Translations under genes and position numbers: made by a program
Part shown: in pieces, positions 51,793-60,028 of the stretch
Layout of the letters: every line of letters begins with the position of its first letter
Numbering within the stretch: the stretch's first letter is position 1
Notes under the pieces: model-generated
The model's database searches: none
Told to the model about the DNA's origin: nothing
Seen by the model: the letters and a program-made list of their open reading frames with translations, nothing else
From: Anaerohalosphaeraceae bacterium
GTDB lineage: Bacteria > Planctomycetota > Phycisphaerae > Sedimentisphaerales > Anaerohalosphaeraceae
DNA: 64,000 nucleotides
Assembly: GCA_050309605.1 (NCBI GenBank)
Contig: JBNRMN010000020.1
Coordinates: 64,001 to 128,000 of the forward strand
Direction: 5' to 3'

Positions 51793-52050
51793 ATGATAGG
51801 ACAAACCGTCAAGGTGATGAAACACAACGGCGTAAAGGTCGGTGGAAGTGCTCGCATCGCGCCCCTCACGGGCGCCGCCCCTGTCAGGACGAAAGCAGCA
51901 CCGCGGGCATCTTCCCCGACCGCCGGCGCCCCCCAAGAGGCACGCATCATTGAAAGCAATGCCGACTATGCCATTATCGAACTGACCTGCGCATGCGGCA
52001 CAAAAAGTTATATTCAGTGCAATTACGCCGATTCTCAGGCGACACAATAA
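51793..52050 (+). CDS. Small hypothetical protein with CxCG..C motif
   Basis: GAGGAG RBS; IELTCACGTKSYIQC. Confidence 0.65.
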   Translation: MIGQTVKVMKHNGVKVGGSARIAPLTGAAPVRTKAAPRASSPTAGAPQEARIIESNADYAIIELTCACGTKSYIQCNYADSQATQ

Positions 52051-52079
52051 ATTCGCTGATACATACGGAGATCAAGACC

Positions 52080-52592
52080 ATGAATAAGATACGCATAGGG
52101 ATAACGGCGCTGCTGCTGTTGACGGGCTGCCGCGTCATTGAAGAGCGGGTAATCTACGACACCTCCGATCCGCCGCCGGCCGCGGCGCCCTCGCCGGCGG
52201 CACGGCCCAACACCGAAATCATTGAACGACGGTTTGTCGATCCCGACACACGGAATGACGCCGTGCAAAGTGCCGTCACCTGGGCCAAAAAATATGAAAA
52301 CGTCGTGGAACAGAACACCGAGCTGCGCGAAAAAAACAACGCGCTGTTTGTCGAAAATACCGAATTGAACCGACAGCTTGAAACGGCCAAAGCCGACCTC
52401 GAACGAACCCGCAACGAACTGAACGAGGCCAATGAATTTCTTCAGGAAATGCACGCCGAGCTGAACAAGTGGAAGGCCGATGTGCTGGGCTTTCGCGATG
52501 AAATGCGTCAGGCCCAGAAAGCCCAGCTCGAAGCGCTGAGCCGGATTCTGCTGATTCTCGGCGCCGAACCAATGCGAACCTCCGAACAATAA
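52080..52592 (+). CDS. Coiled-coil lipoprotein
   Basis: MNKIRIGITALLLLTGC lipobox; long heptad region; GGAG RBS. Confidence 0.75.
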   Translation: MNKIRIGITALLLLTGCRVIEERVIYDTSDPPPAAAPSPAARPNTEIIERRFVDPDTRNDAVQSAVTWAKKYENVVEQNTELREKNNALFVENTELNRQLETAKADLERTRNELNEANEFLQEMHAELNKWKADVLGFRDEMRQAQKAQLEALSRILLILGAEPMRTSEQ

Positions 52593-52610
52593 CAGGCACA
52601 AAACGGGACG

Positions 52611-53300
52611 ATGCCAATGAAACGGTGGCTATTCATCGCGGCTTTCGCAGCGGTCTGTTGTGCGGGGTGTCGGGAGATTATTTATCCCGTCCCGTCGCGA
52701 ACGGATCATTTCTATGTCAATCCGCAGGCCGATTTTACGACGGTCGGACGGGTCGCCCTGCTCGAACTGGACAACCAGACGCCGCGGACCGACGTGTCGG
52801 ACACATTTACACAGGCCCTGGCTGATGCCTTGGGCAAACGCCACCTGTTCAGCGTGCAAAAGGTCATGCGATCGGATCCCGTCTGGCAAACCCATCGGCT
52901 GGGCAATATGCACTCGCATACCCTCGACGATCTGGCCGCGGCCCGACAGGCACTGAACGTGGACGCGGTCCTGTTCGGGGAGATTCGCCGCTATATGTCG
53001 TTTCCGCATTTGCAGATCGCATTAAACCTGAGATTGGTGGATACCCGCACGGGGCGGCTGCTCTGGGCATTCGAGGATGTCTGGGACAGCAGCGACAAGG
53101 CCGTCGAACGGCGGATGCAGACCTACTTCCGAGAACAAATGCGGACCGGTTATGAACCGATGGACTGGCAGATTCTGGTTACCAGCCCACGGGCGTTCGA
53201 GGGCTTTGTTGCATATGAAGTCTCTGAAACTCTACCGGAATTACCCAAAAATATCGTTCCGCGGACCGTTGAATACAGACGCCGCTATTTGGCGCCGTAA
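52611..53300 (+). CDS. Lipoprotein, CsgG/TolB-N/PelC/GNA1162-like fold
   Basis: Lipobox CAGC; RVALLELDNQT, LNVDAVLFGEI, LRLVDTRTGRLLW. Confidence 0.7.
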   Translation: MPMKRWLFIAAFAAVCCAGCREIIYPVPSRTDHFYVNPQADFTTVGRVALLELDNQTPRTDVSDTFTQALADALGKRHLFSVQKVMRSDPVWQTHRLGNMHSHTLDDLAAARQALNVDAVLFGEIRRYMSFPHLQIALNLRLVDTRTGRLLWAFEDVWDSSDKAVERRMQTYFREQMRTGYEPMDWQILVTSPRAFEGFVAYEVSETLPELPKNIVPRTVEYRRRYLAP

Positions 53301-53317
53301 AAAAAATTGAATTGGCC

Positions 53318-53344
53318 TTAAGTTTTTCAGGCTGCCCTCGATAA
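53318..53344 (+). promoter_or_regulatory. Putative sigma28 promoter of the flgM-like gene
   Basis: TTAAGTTT-N11-CTCGATAA versus consensus TAAAGTTT-N11-GCCGATAA. Confidence 0.65.
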
Positions 53345-53385
53345 TAATACTGACAGATAGAATATGTGAAGATAATGGCTGTAAA

Positions 53386-53655
53386 ATGCAGATAAACGCT
53401 TATAACAATTTGTTTTCATCGTTGCCGACGGGCGCTCACCCTGCTGCACGAACCGATAAAAACGACCCTGCTGACGAATCCGGTCAGATAGTGGAGTTAA
53501 GCAAACGTTTCGACCGACTCATCGAGCAGGCCAAAATCGAATCACAAGATCGCAGCGCAGTCGAACAGGCTCGCCGGGCGCTGGCTGACGGCACACTGGA
53601 GTCGCCGGAAGCGTTTTTGTCGGCGGCTGAACATCTATTGCGTTTGGGGATATAA
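53386..53655 (+). CDS. flgM: FlgM-like anti-sigma28 factor
   Basis: 89 aa; VELS, DRSAVEQARRALADGTL, AAEHLL resemble FlgM; own sigma28-like promoter; downstream of fliA. Confidence 0.65.
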   Translation: MQINAYNNLFSSLPTGAHPAARTDKNDPADESGQIVELSKRFDRLIEQAKIESQDRSAVEQARRALADGTLESPEAFLSAAEHLLRLGI

Positions 53656-53694
53656 AGCCACGGACGGCTGATTCATCAATAAGGGATTATTGAT

Positions 53695-53744
53695 ACAAAA
53701 AAGGTTTTGGATGACTTAAGGCAGTCCAAAACCTTTTTGTTTTT
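53695..53744. terminator. Bidirectional intrinsic terminator
   Basis: AAAAAGGTTTTGGA-N13-TCCAAAACCTTTTT. Confidence 0.8.
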
Positions 53745-53758
53745 GCCCGATCTGACAC

Positions 53759-53959
53759 TCACACGGCCGTATTCAGTACCCTTCCGGACATCCCCGCTTG
53801 GGCGGTGCGAAGGCCATAGGCACGATCAATCAAACCTTCCATCGCCCTGAACACCGGCGGCTGAACGCCGCACGGCGCCGGCGTATGTGAGCTGTCATTA
53901 TCCGGCGCCGACGACGGCGCCGAATCAACGATACGGCATACAACGTACTTTTTCATCAC
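53759..53959 (-). CDS. Possible small protein (66 aa); alternatively a structured RNA region
   Basis: GGGGGG before GTG-ATG-AAA-AAG; upstream TTGAAG-N18-TATAAT; ends at the bidirectional terminator. Confidence 0.4.
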   Translation of the reverse strand: MMKKYVVCRIVDSAPSSAPDNDSSHTPAPCGVQPPVFRAMEGLIDRAYGLRTAQAGMSGRVLNTAV

Positions 53960-54181
53960 GAACCCCCCGAAAACAGTGTTATCACGTGGCTGCTTTCATC
54001 ACACCGGTTATTATACCGCAACAGCCGGCTCTCCTTCAACCGCCGTCCGCTCGGCGTCGTCAATCATCCGATAAAACCGCTCAAGACGAAGAAAAATCGC
54101 TGCTTTTGAAAAAATCACTTGTCAAAAACACGCATCCGGAGTACAAATTTTTTCGATGGCAATTTCCGATCTGAGGCGTTT

Positions 54182-54382
54182 ATGCGACTGTTGACAAAAT
54201 GTCCCGATTGCAGTATCACCCTTGAACTGTCGATTGCGGATGCGGATCGACGCAAGCGCTGCCCGCGCTGCGGAAAGCTGTTTCGTTTGCCCGACACCGA
54301 GGCGCTGCAAAGTGCGCTGACGCTGCTGCAATCGGCGCAGTGCGATGTGTATGTGGATGAAAAAGGGAACGTCTTCGGATAA
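54182..54382 (+). CDS. Small zinc-ribbon protein
   Basis: CPDC...CPRCG; GAGG RBS. Confidence 0.75.
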   Translation: MRLLTKCPDCSITLELSIADADRRKRCPRCGKLFRLPDTEALQSALTLLQSAQCDVYVDEKGNVFG

Positions 54383-54390
54383 CGTCATCA

Positions 54391-55035
54391 ATGACTTGCA
54401 TAGAAATTGACAATCTGAGTGTGTCCTTCAATTCAATCACCCTGTGGCGGGAATTGACGCTGCGAATCGAACACGGCCGACGAGTGCGAATCGCCGGTCC
54501 GAGCGGCTGCGGCAAAAGCACCCTGCTCAAATGCCTGATGGGATTCGTTCCGGACTTTTCCGGCCTGATTCGTATCGACCGGCAGGAACTCAACGTCGAG
54601 AATGTGTGGACGATACGGCAAAAACTGGCCTATCTGGCGCAGGAACCGGATTTGGGCAGCGGCCCGGTCCTTGCACGCCTGCAGGAACCGTTCGCTTATC
54701 GGCGCAATGCGGGCATTCGCTTCGAGTTCGACCGCTTGTATCACTGGCTGGAGTATTATTATTTGCCTCAAGAGATCTTAAATAAAGACACCGACGCTCT
54801 GTCCGGCGGCGAAAAACAGCGGCTGGCGGTCATTTTGGCGATTTTACTTCAGCGCACCATTTTTTTGCTGGATGAGCCGGTCTCGGCAATGGACACCCGA
54901 AGCCGCCGACGTTTTATCGATATGTTCGCCGATCATCCGGAATGGACGGTTTTGTTCATTTCCCATGATGAGTCGCTGGCCGAACTGGCAGAGGAAACAA
55001 TTGACCTTTCTGCTGCGAAAGGAGCGGTCCGATGA
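54391..55035 (+). CDS. ABC ATP-binding protein, FetA/YbbL-like
   Basis: GPSGCGKST, LSGGEKQR, LLDEP, ISHD; coupled to a UPF0014 permease. Confidence 0.85.
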   Translation: MTCIEIDNLSVSFNSITLWRELTLRIEHGRRVRIAGPSGCGKSTLLKCLMGFVPDFSGLIRIDRQELNVENVWTIRQKLAYLAQEPDLGSGPVLARLQEPFAYRRNAGIRFEFDRLYHWLEYYYLPQEILNKDTDALSGGEKQRLAVILAILLQRTIFLLDEPVSAMDTRSRRRFIDMFADHPEWTVLFISHDESLAELAEETIDLSAAKGAVR

Positions 55036-55817
55036 ACACCGAATCCATCTCTGCATGGGGTATCGTCGCGATGTATGGCCTGCTGGCCATTCCGTTCGGC
55101 GTGCTGCTGTGGGCGCGGCTGCCCATCCTTGGACAGGCGGCGCTGGCAATCGTGCGGATGTCGATACAGCTTGCGTTTGTGGGCGTGTATCTGGAGGTCG
55201 TCTTTCGGCTGAACAACCCCTGGTTGAACCTGCTGTGGCTGGTCGTCATGGTCGCGGTGGCGGACGGGTCGATCCTCAAGGGCTGCGGCCTGAAACTTCG
55301 TCCGCTGGCCGGGCCGTTGTTTATCGCCCTGATTGCCGGCACGGCACTGCCGCTGTTTTATTTTATGGCGTTTATTCTGCGCCGTTCCAACCTGCTGGAC
55401 GCGCAATACGCCATCCCCATCGGCGGGATGATCCTCGGCAACTGCCTGCGGGCCGACATCATCGGTATTCGCACGTTTTTTCAGAAGATTCAAAAAGGCG
55501 AAAAGGCCTACTTCCAGCGTCTGGCCGACGGCGCAAGTTTGGCCGAGGCGACCCGGCCCTATCTGACCCACGCCCTGCACGAGGCCATCGCCCCGACGCT
55601 GGCGACGGTAGCCACGATGGGGCTGGTCTCACTGCCGGGGATGATGACCGGCGTGATTCTCGGCGGCGCCGAACCCATGACGGCCATTCTCTACCAAATC
55701 GCCATTATGATCGCCATCTTCACCGGAACCGCCATCACCATTTTGCTGGGCATCCGGCTTTGTCGAAAAACCGGATTTTCCCGCTGGGGCACGCTCAACC
55801 CCGACATTTTTCGGTAA
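55032..55817 (+). CDS. ABC permease, FetB/YbbM (UPF0014)
   Basis: RMSIQL, QYAIPIGGMILGN, GLVSLPGMMTGVILGG, YQIAIM. Confidence 0.88.
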   Translation: MNTESISAWGIVAMYGLLAIPFGVLLWARLPILGQAALAIVRMSIQLAFVGVYLEVVFRLNNPWLNLLWLVVMVAVADGSILKGCGLKLRPLAGPLFIALIAGTALPLFYFMAFILRRSNLLDAQYAIPIGGMILGNCLRADIIGIRTFFQKIQKGEKAYFQRLADGASLAEATRPYLTHALHEAIAPTLATVATMGLVSLPGMMTGVILGGAEPMTAILYQIAIMIAIFTGTAITILLGIRLCRKTGFSRWGTLNPDIFR

Positions 55818-55889
55818 ATCAACGCAAGCGTACTACAAATCCTGCAAGAAAAACTTGCAATTGATGCACACTCGACATACATTTTATGT

Positions 55890-57356
55890 ATGAAAAAACC
55901 GACCCTGTCACCGTCTTTTCGCGATTTTTTTGCGCTGGTCGCCGATGCGACCTTCACCAATCCGTTCAGTGCCCATCGAGCCGACATCGATCGGCGGATG
56001 GCCGGGATGCTCAGCGAGACCGACTGGCGCAAGGTCGTCCCGCGGGCCGTCGATCAGATTCGCCGACGTCTGGTGCAGCTCGACAAGGACGGTCTGTGCC
56101 GGATTCAGGACTTCGAACCGGCCGACCGGGAATTGATGGTATATGTGTACTTATTCGACACTTTTCATCGCCTTGCACGGGATTTTGACGACGTCATCAT
56201 CCGCCAGCAGCATCGAGGCGATGAGTCAATGACCATTCCCTTTGCCGATGCAGCCCTTGAGTCGCTCAGCCGACGGGGCTTTAGCCCGCCGGAAGCGGCA
56301 CGCTATTTTGCCCTGTTTTATCAGATTCGCCGGGCGTTTTTCTTTATCGATACCGGGCTGGTCGGTCCCAGCGACTCTATGCGCAAACTGCGAATGGACC
56401 TCTGGAATAATATCTTTACACAGGATATCCGCCGATACGAGCGGTATCTCTGGGACAGGATGGAGGATTTTTCGACCCTGCTGGAAGGGCCGACCGGCTC
56501 AGGCAAAGGCGCCGCGGCCGCGGCCATCGGCAAAAGCGGATTCATCCCCTACGACCCCCAGCGCAAGCGCTTTGCCATCAGCTTTACCCGGACGTTTGTT
56601 GCAATCAATCTATCCCAATACCCCGAAGGCCTGATCGAATCGGAACTGTTCGGCCACACCAAAGGTGCCTTTACCGGCGCGGTCAACGCGCACGAAGGAT
56701 TGCTCAGCCTGTGCGGGCCGCACGGCTCCATCTTTCTGGACGAAATCGGCGAAATTGATATTCCCATTCAGGTCAAACTACTGAAGGTACTTGAAGAACG
56801 CACCTTCAGCCCGGTCGGCAGCCACGAAAAAATGCGTTTCGGCGGGCGGGTCATCGCCGCGACCAACCGCCCCATCCACACCTTGCGCAGCGAAGGAAAA
56901 TTTCGCGATGACTTTTATTATCGTCTGTGCTCGGACTGTATTCGCGTGCCGAGTCTGGCTGAGCGGATTCAGCAAAATCCCGACGAACTGGCCCATCTGG
57001 CCGGCCATTTCGTACAGACCATTCTCGGCAGAGACATCCCCGAATTGACAGCCCGTGTGCTGGAGGTCATCGACAAACGGCTGGGGCACTGCTACCACTG
57101 GCCCGGCAATGTGCGTGAGCTGGCCCAGTGTATTCGTCGCGTACTGCTCAAAGACGACTACGAAGGCGACCGACTTGAACAGACCAATCACGTCGAGGCC
57201 CTGTGCCAGAAAATGAAAATCGGCTCGGCGACCGCCGACGAAGTCATCACCGACTACCTCAAACGCCTCTACGCTATTCACGGAACCTATGAAGCAACCG
57301 CCCGCGCAGCCGGGCTTGATCGACGCACCGTCAAAAAGAAAATCAGCGAATCCTGA
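55890..57356 (+). CDS. Sigma54-interacting activator with unrecognised N-terminal domain
   Basis: GPTGSGKG, ESELFGHTKGAFTGA, FLDEIGE, FRDDFYYRL, WPGNVREL, C-terminal HTH. Confidence 0.88.
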   Translation: MKKPTLSPSFRDFFALVADATFTNPFSAHRADIDRRMAGMLSETDWRKVVPRAVDQIRRRLVQLDKDGLCRIQDFEPADRELMVYVYLFDTFHRLARDFDDVIIRQQHRGDESMTIPFADAALESLSRRGFSPPEAARYFALFYQIRRAFFFIDTGLVGPSDSMRKLRMDLWNNIFTQDIRRYERYLWDRMEDFSTLLEGPTGSGKGAAAAAIGKSGFIPYDPQRKRFAISFTRTFVAINLSQYPEGLIESELFGHTKGAFTGAVNAHEGLLSLCGPHGSIFLDEIGEIDIPIQVKLLKVLEERTFSPVGSHEKMRFGGRVIAATNRPIHTLRSEGKFRDDFYYRLCSDCIRVPSLAERIQQNPDELAHLAGHFVQTILGRDIPELTARVLEVIDKRLGHCYHWPGNVRELAQCIRRVLLKDDYEGDRLEQTNHVEALCQKMKIGSATADEVITDYLKRLYAIHGTYEATARAAGLDRRTVKKKISES

Positions 57357-57448
57357 GTAATAAGTCTCGTTATATCGTTTTTGAATCGATTCCTTTTTTG
57401 CATTTTAGAACACGATTTCACTCAAAAAATCAATTTTTCTTTTTTTAC

Positions 57449-57478
57449 TGTAACATTTCCCGAATCGCGACCACTATC
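57449..57478 (+). promoter_or_regulatory. Putative ECF sigma promoter, copy 1
   Basis: TGTAACATTTC-N12-CACTATC; same architecture as copy 2. Confidence 0.7.
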
Positions 57479-57545
57479 CAGGCAGATGGGCCCATAAAGG
57501 CAATATAAACCCAACAATGTAAATGTAAGCAGAAAGGAAATGACG

Positions 57546-57887
57546 ATGAAGACCAAATGGATGATTCTTGCAGGAATTTTGCTCGTACTGGGAATTGTTT
57601 TCATCCCGACCGCAACCGCTCAAACCACACCCCGCAGCCAGTCGGCATTTGAAGCGCAAAGCTGCGATTTGGCCGGCGGCCCGCAGGGCAACCGCCAGGG
57701 TATGCAAGATGGTACACGCGGCGAAAATCGCCCGCAAGACGGCCGAGGGCAAGGCCCCCGCGATGGAAGCGGTGCACGCCGCGGAGAACGCCGAGGCGAC
57801 TGTCCTCAGGACGGCAGCGGCAACGGCCCGCGCCATGGTCAGCGAGGCGGCCCCCGCGACGGCAGCGGTCCCAACTGCCCGAACTAA
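57546..57887 (+). CDS. Small secreted Gly/Arg-rich protein with P(R/Q)DGSG repeats
   Basis: GAAAGGA RBS; signal peptide MKTKW...ATA; three P(R/Q)DGSG units. Confidence 0.75.
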   Translation: MKTKWMILAGILLVLGIVFIPTATAQTTPRSQSAFEAQSCDLAGGPQGNRQGMQDGTRGENRPQDGRGQGPRDGSGARRGERRGDCPQDGSGNGPRHGQRGGPRDGSGPNCPN

Positions 57888-57906
57888 TCAAACCATTTAA
57901 GACCTC

Positions 57907-57950
57907 CAATAAAAGCCTTGCTGATTGATGATCAGCAAGGCTTTTTATTG
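57907..57950. terminator. Intrinsic terminator
   Basis: AAAAGCCTTGCTGAT-TGATG-ATCAGCAAGGCTTTT. Confidence 0.85.
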
Positions 57951-57989
57951 CGTATTTTCGTCATATTTCCGTATTTTTCCCGGAAATTG

Positions 57990-58019
57990 TGTAACATTTC
58001 ATCCCATTCTTCCACTGTC
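57990..58019 (+). promoter_or_regulatory. Putative ECF sigma promoter, copy 2
   Basis: TGTAACATTTC-N12-CACTGTC. Confidence 0.7.
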
Positions 58020-58057
58020 TTAATAGAGATATGAACCTTAAATGAAAGGGGACAAAG

Positions 58058-59008
58058 ATGAAGACAAAATGGATTACAATGACAGCAATTCTGGCGGTCG
58101 TGTTTGTCGCATTGCCTGTTTTTGCCCAGGAAGAGCAACCGGTCGAACGGGCACGCCGACAAGACCGCCCTGCTTTGGCTGAACAAAACAATGACCCGGA
58201 ACGCGCGTTTACGCCGCAGGAACGAGCCCTGATTCGGCGGTTCCTTCGCAATCGACAGCAGCAGGATTTCGCCGGACAGCAGCGCGATGAGGGTCAACCG
58301 CCGGCAATGCGGCGCGGCCCAATCGCCGAACCGCGAGAACGACTTGCTGAACGAGCACGACAGCAGGACCGTCCTGCAGTGGCTGAACGAAGCGACGAAG
58401 CCGGTCGCGCATTTACGCCGCAGGAGCGGGCATGGATTCGGCAATTCGTGCGAAATCGTCTGCAGCAGCGAGAGCTTTCCGCTCCGCGCCGTGCTGAAAC
58501 GGAGCCTCCGTTCGTCGGACGCGGCGGCACGCCGGGCCAAATCCAGCGTCCGTTTGTCGGTCCTTATGCACGACAGTGCCCTTGCTGTGGTCGGTTGATG
58601 CCTCAGGCGGCGCCGCGTCGGGAGGGGCAGCGCCCGTTTGGGCCGCAGCGGTTTGAAGGACGCAGGCGGTTAATGGCGCCTCAGGCTCAGCCGTTTGCTC
58701 GTCAGGGTTTTTCCGCTCCGATACCACCGGCACGCCGCGATCCTGATGTCGCCGAACGCCCCAACGTGCCGTTCAGGTTCGAGGAACGCCAACCCGGCCT
58801 GACAGGCGGCTATGGCTTTGGGCCACGGCGATTTGAAGGCGACGATGAAACTCTGCAAAGACCCGCCCCGCGATTCCGGCAAGAGGACGAACCGATGCAG
58901 CGTCCCGGACGCGGCCGCCTGCCGGCTGAACCGCAGGATCAACGGCGTGACGAGGACAGACGCATCGAACAGCCGGCACGCCCCCGGCTCGGCAGAAATG
59001 CTCCCTGA
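58058..59008 (+). CDS. Secreted low-complexity Arg/Gln/Pro-rich protein with internal duplication
   Basis: Signal peptide MKTKW...VFA; 40-aa duplicated unit; CPCC motif. Confidence 0.7.
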   Translation: MKTKWITMTAILAVVFVALPVFAQEEQPVERARRQDRPALAEQNNDPERAFTPQERALIRRFLRNRQQQDFAGQQRDEGQPPAMRRGPIAEPRERLAERARQQDRPAVAERSDEAGRAFTPQERAWIRQFVRNRLQQRELSAPRRAETEPPFVGRGGTPGQIQRPFVGPYARQCPCCGRLMPQAAPRREGQRPFGPQRFEGRRRLMAPQAQPFARQGFSAPIPPARRDPDVAERPNVPFRFEERQPGLTGGYGFGPRRFEGDDETLQRPAPRFRQEDEPMQRPGRGRLPAEPQDQRRDEDRRIEQPARPRLGRNAP

Positions 59009-59099
59009 AAACTGAATAGATAACCCGACAGGCCTGTGAATCGTATCCGGGATCTGTTTCCGGGTTGCTTTTTCATCGGCTCCCGCGTACACTGAAATC

Positions 59100-59768
59100 A
59101 TGCGTGCAGAACCGTTTCTTCAATTCGCTTCGGCAGTTCAGCAGGTCCGGCCCTTCGGCGGCTCGGCGGCACTGCGACTGTTCAGCCTGCGGCATCACGG
59201 CGACCGAGAAACGCTTTGCCCGGCCGATTCTGAGGACATTCGGGACACCCGAAACGGCGACCCCGAAGCCTATCGACGTCTGATTGAACGCCATCAATCC
59301 GCGGTCAGCAAATTGCTGTGGCGTTTTACGCGAGACCGAAACGACCACGAAGAACTGATACAGCAGGTATTCGTCGAGGCCTATATGAGCCTGGACCGCT
59401 ATGCCGGAAAAGCACCGTTTGAACACTGGCTGGCTCGCATCGCAACACGTGTGGGCTATCGGTTCTGGAATCGCCATAAACGCACGCAAACCGTTGCGGT
59501 ACCCGATGAACAATGGGACCAGCTTGTTCAGACGCAAAACGACACAATAGACAGCAGAGAAGCGGCTGAACTGGTTCATCGGCTTTTGGCGCAACTGCCG
59601 CCGCGTGATCGGCTGATCTTGACTCTGCGGTACCTCGAGCAGTGTGATATTGCCCAGACCGCTTATCGGCTCGGCTGGACGCAAACGCGCGTTCGCGTGC
59701 AGGCACATCGGGCAATTCAAAAATTGAAAAAAATGGTGGCAGACAATCATATTGAGCTGGAATTATGA
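59100..59768 (+). CDS. ECF RNA polymerase sigma factor
   Basis: GDPEAYRRLIERHQ, EELIQQVF, FEHWLARIA, LPPRDRLILTLRY, VRVQAHRA. Confidence 0.92.
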   Translation: MRAEPFLQFASAVQQVRPFGGSAALRLFSLRHHGDRETLCPADSEDIRDTRNGDPEAYRRLIERHQSAVSKLLWRFTRDRNDHEELIQQVFVEAYMSLDRYAGKAPFEHWLARIATRVGYRFWNRHKRTQTVAVPDEQWDQLVQTQNDTIDSREAAELVHRLLAQLPPRDRLILTLRYLEQCDIAQTAYRLGWTQTRVRVQAHRAIQKLKKMVADNHIELEL

Positions 59769-60028
59769 GATATGTAAAACTGAACAATCTGATTGAGGCG
59801 GCTCGGCGGGAAACCGCCCCCGCGGTGGATGTTGCGGACTCGGTGCTGGCTCATCTGACCGCATCGCGACGGTCGGCGACCGCGATGATCAACCGTTCGC
59901 TGATGTGGTTCTCAATGGCCTCTTCAGCAGCGGCGGCAGGGATTGTCCTGGCGGTTTTTTTTACAATGAGCCGGCATACCAGCTCGGTCAATGAAATCAT
60001 CAATCTGGTCGCATGGGTTGCTCAATGA
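59765..60028 (+). CDS. Single-TM putative anti-sigma factor
   Basis: ATGA overlap with the ECF gene; 87 aa, one TM. Confidence 0.7.
   Translation: MRYVKLNNLIEAARRETAPAVDVADSVLAHLTASRRSATAMINRSLMWFSMASSAAAAGIVLAVFFTMSRHTSSVNEIINLVAWVAQ

Noticed and set aside
53775..53795. GTCCGGAAGG (minus strand) as SRP RNA, or the region as 6S RNA
   Set aside because: Lacks the flanking CAGG/AGCA SRP motif and clear 6S hallmarks; kept only as a generic structured-RNA candidate.
54872..55864. 330-aa overlapping plus-strand ORF
   Set aside because: Alternative frame over the FetB-like permease, with no recognisable features.
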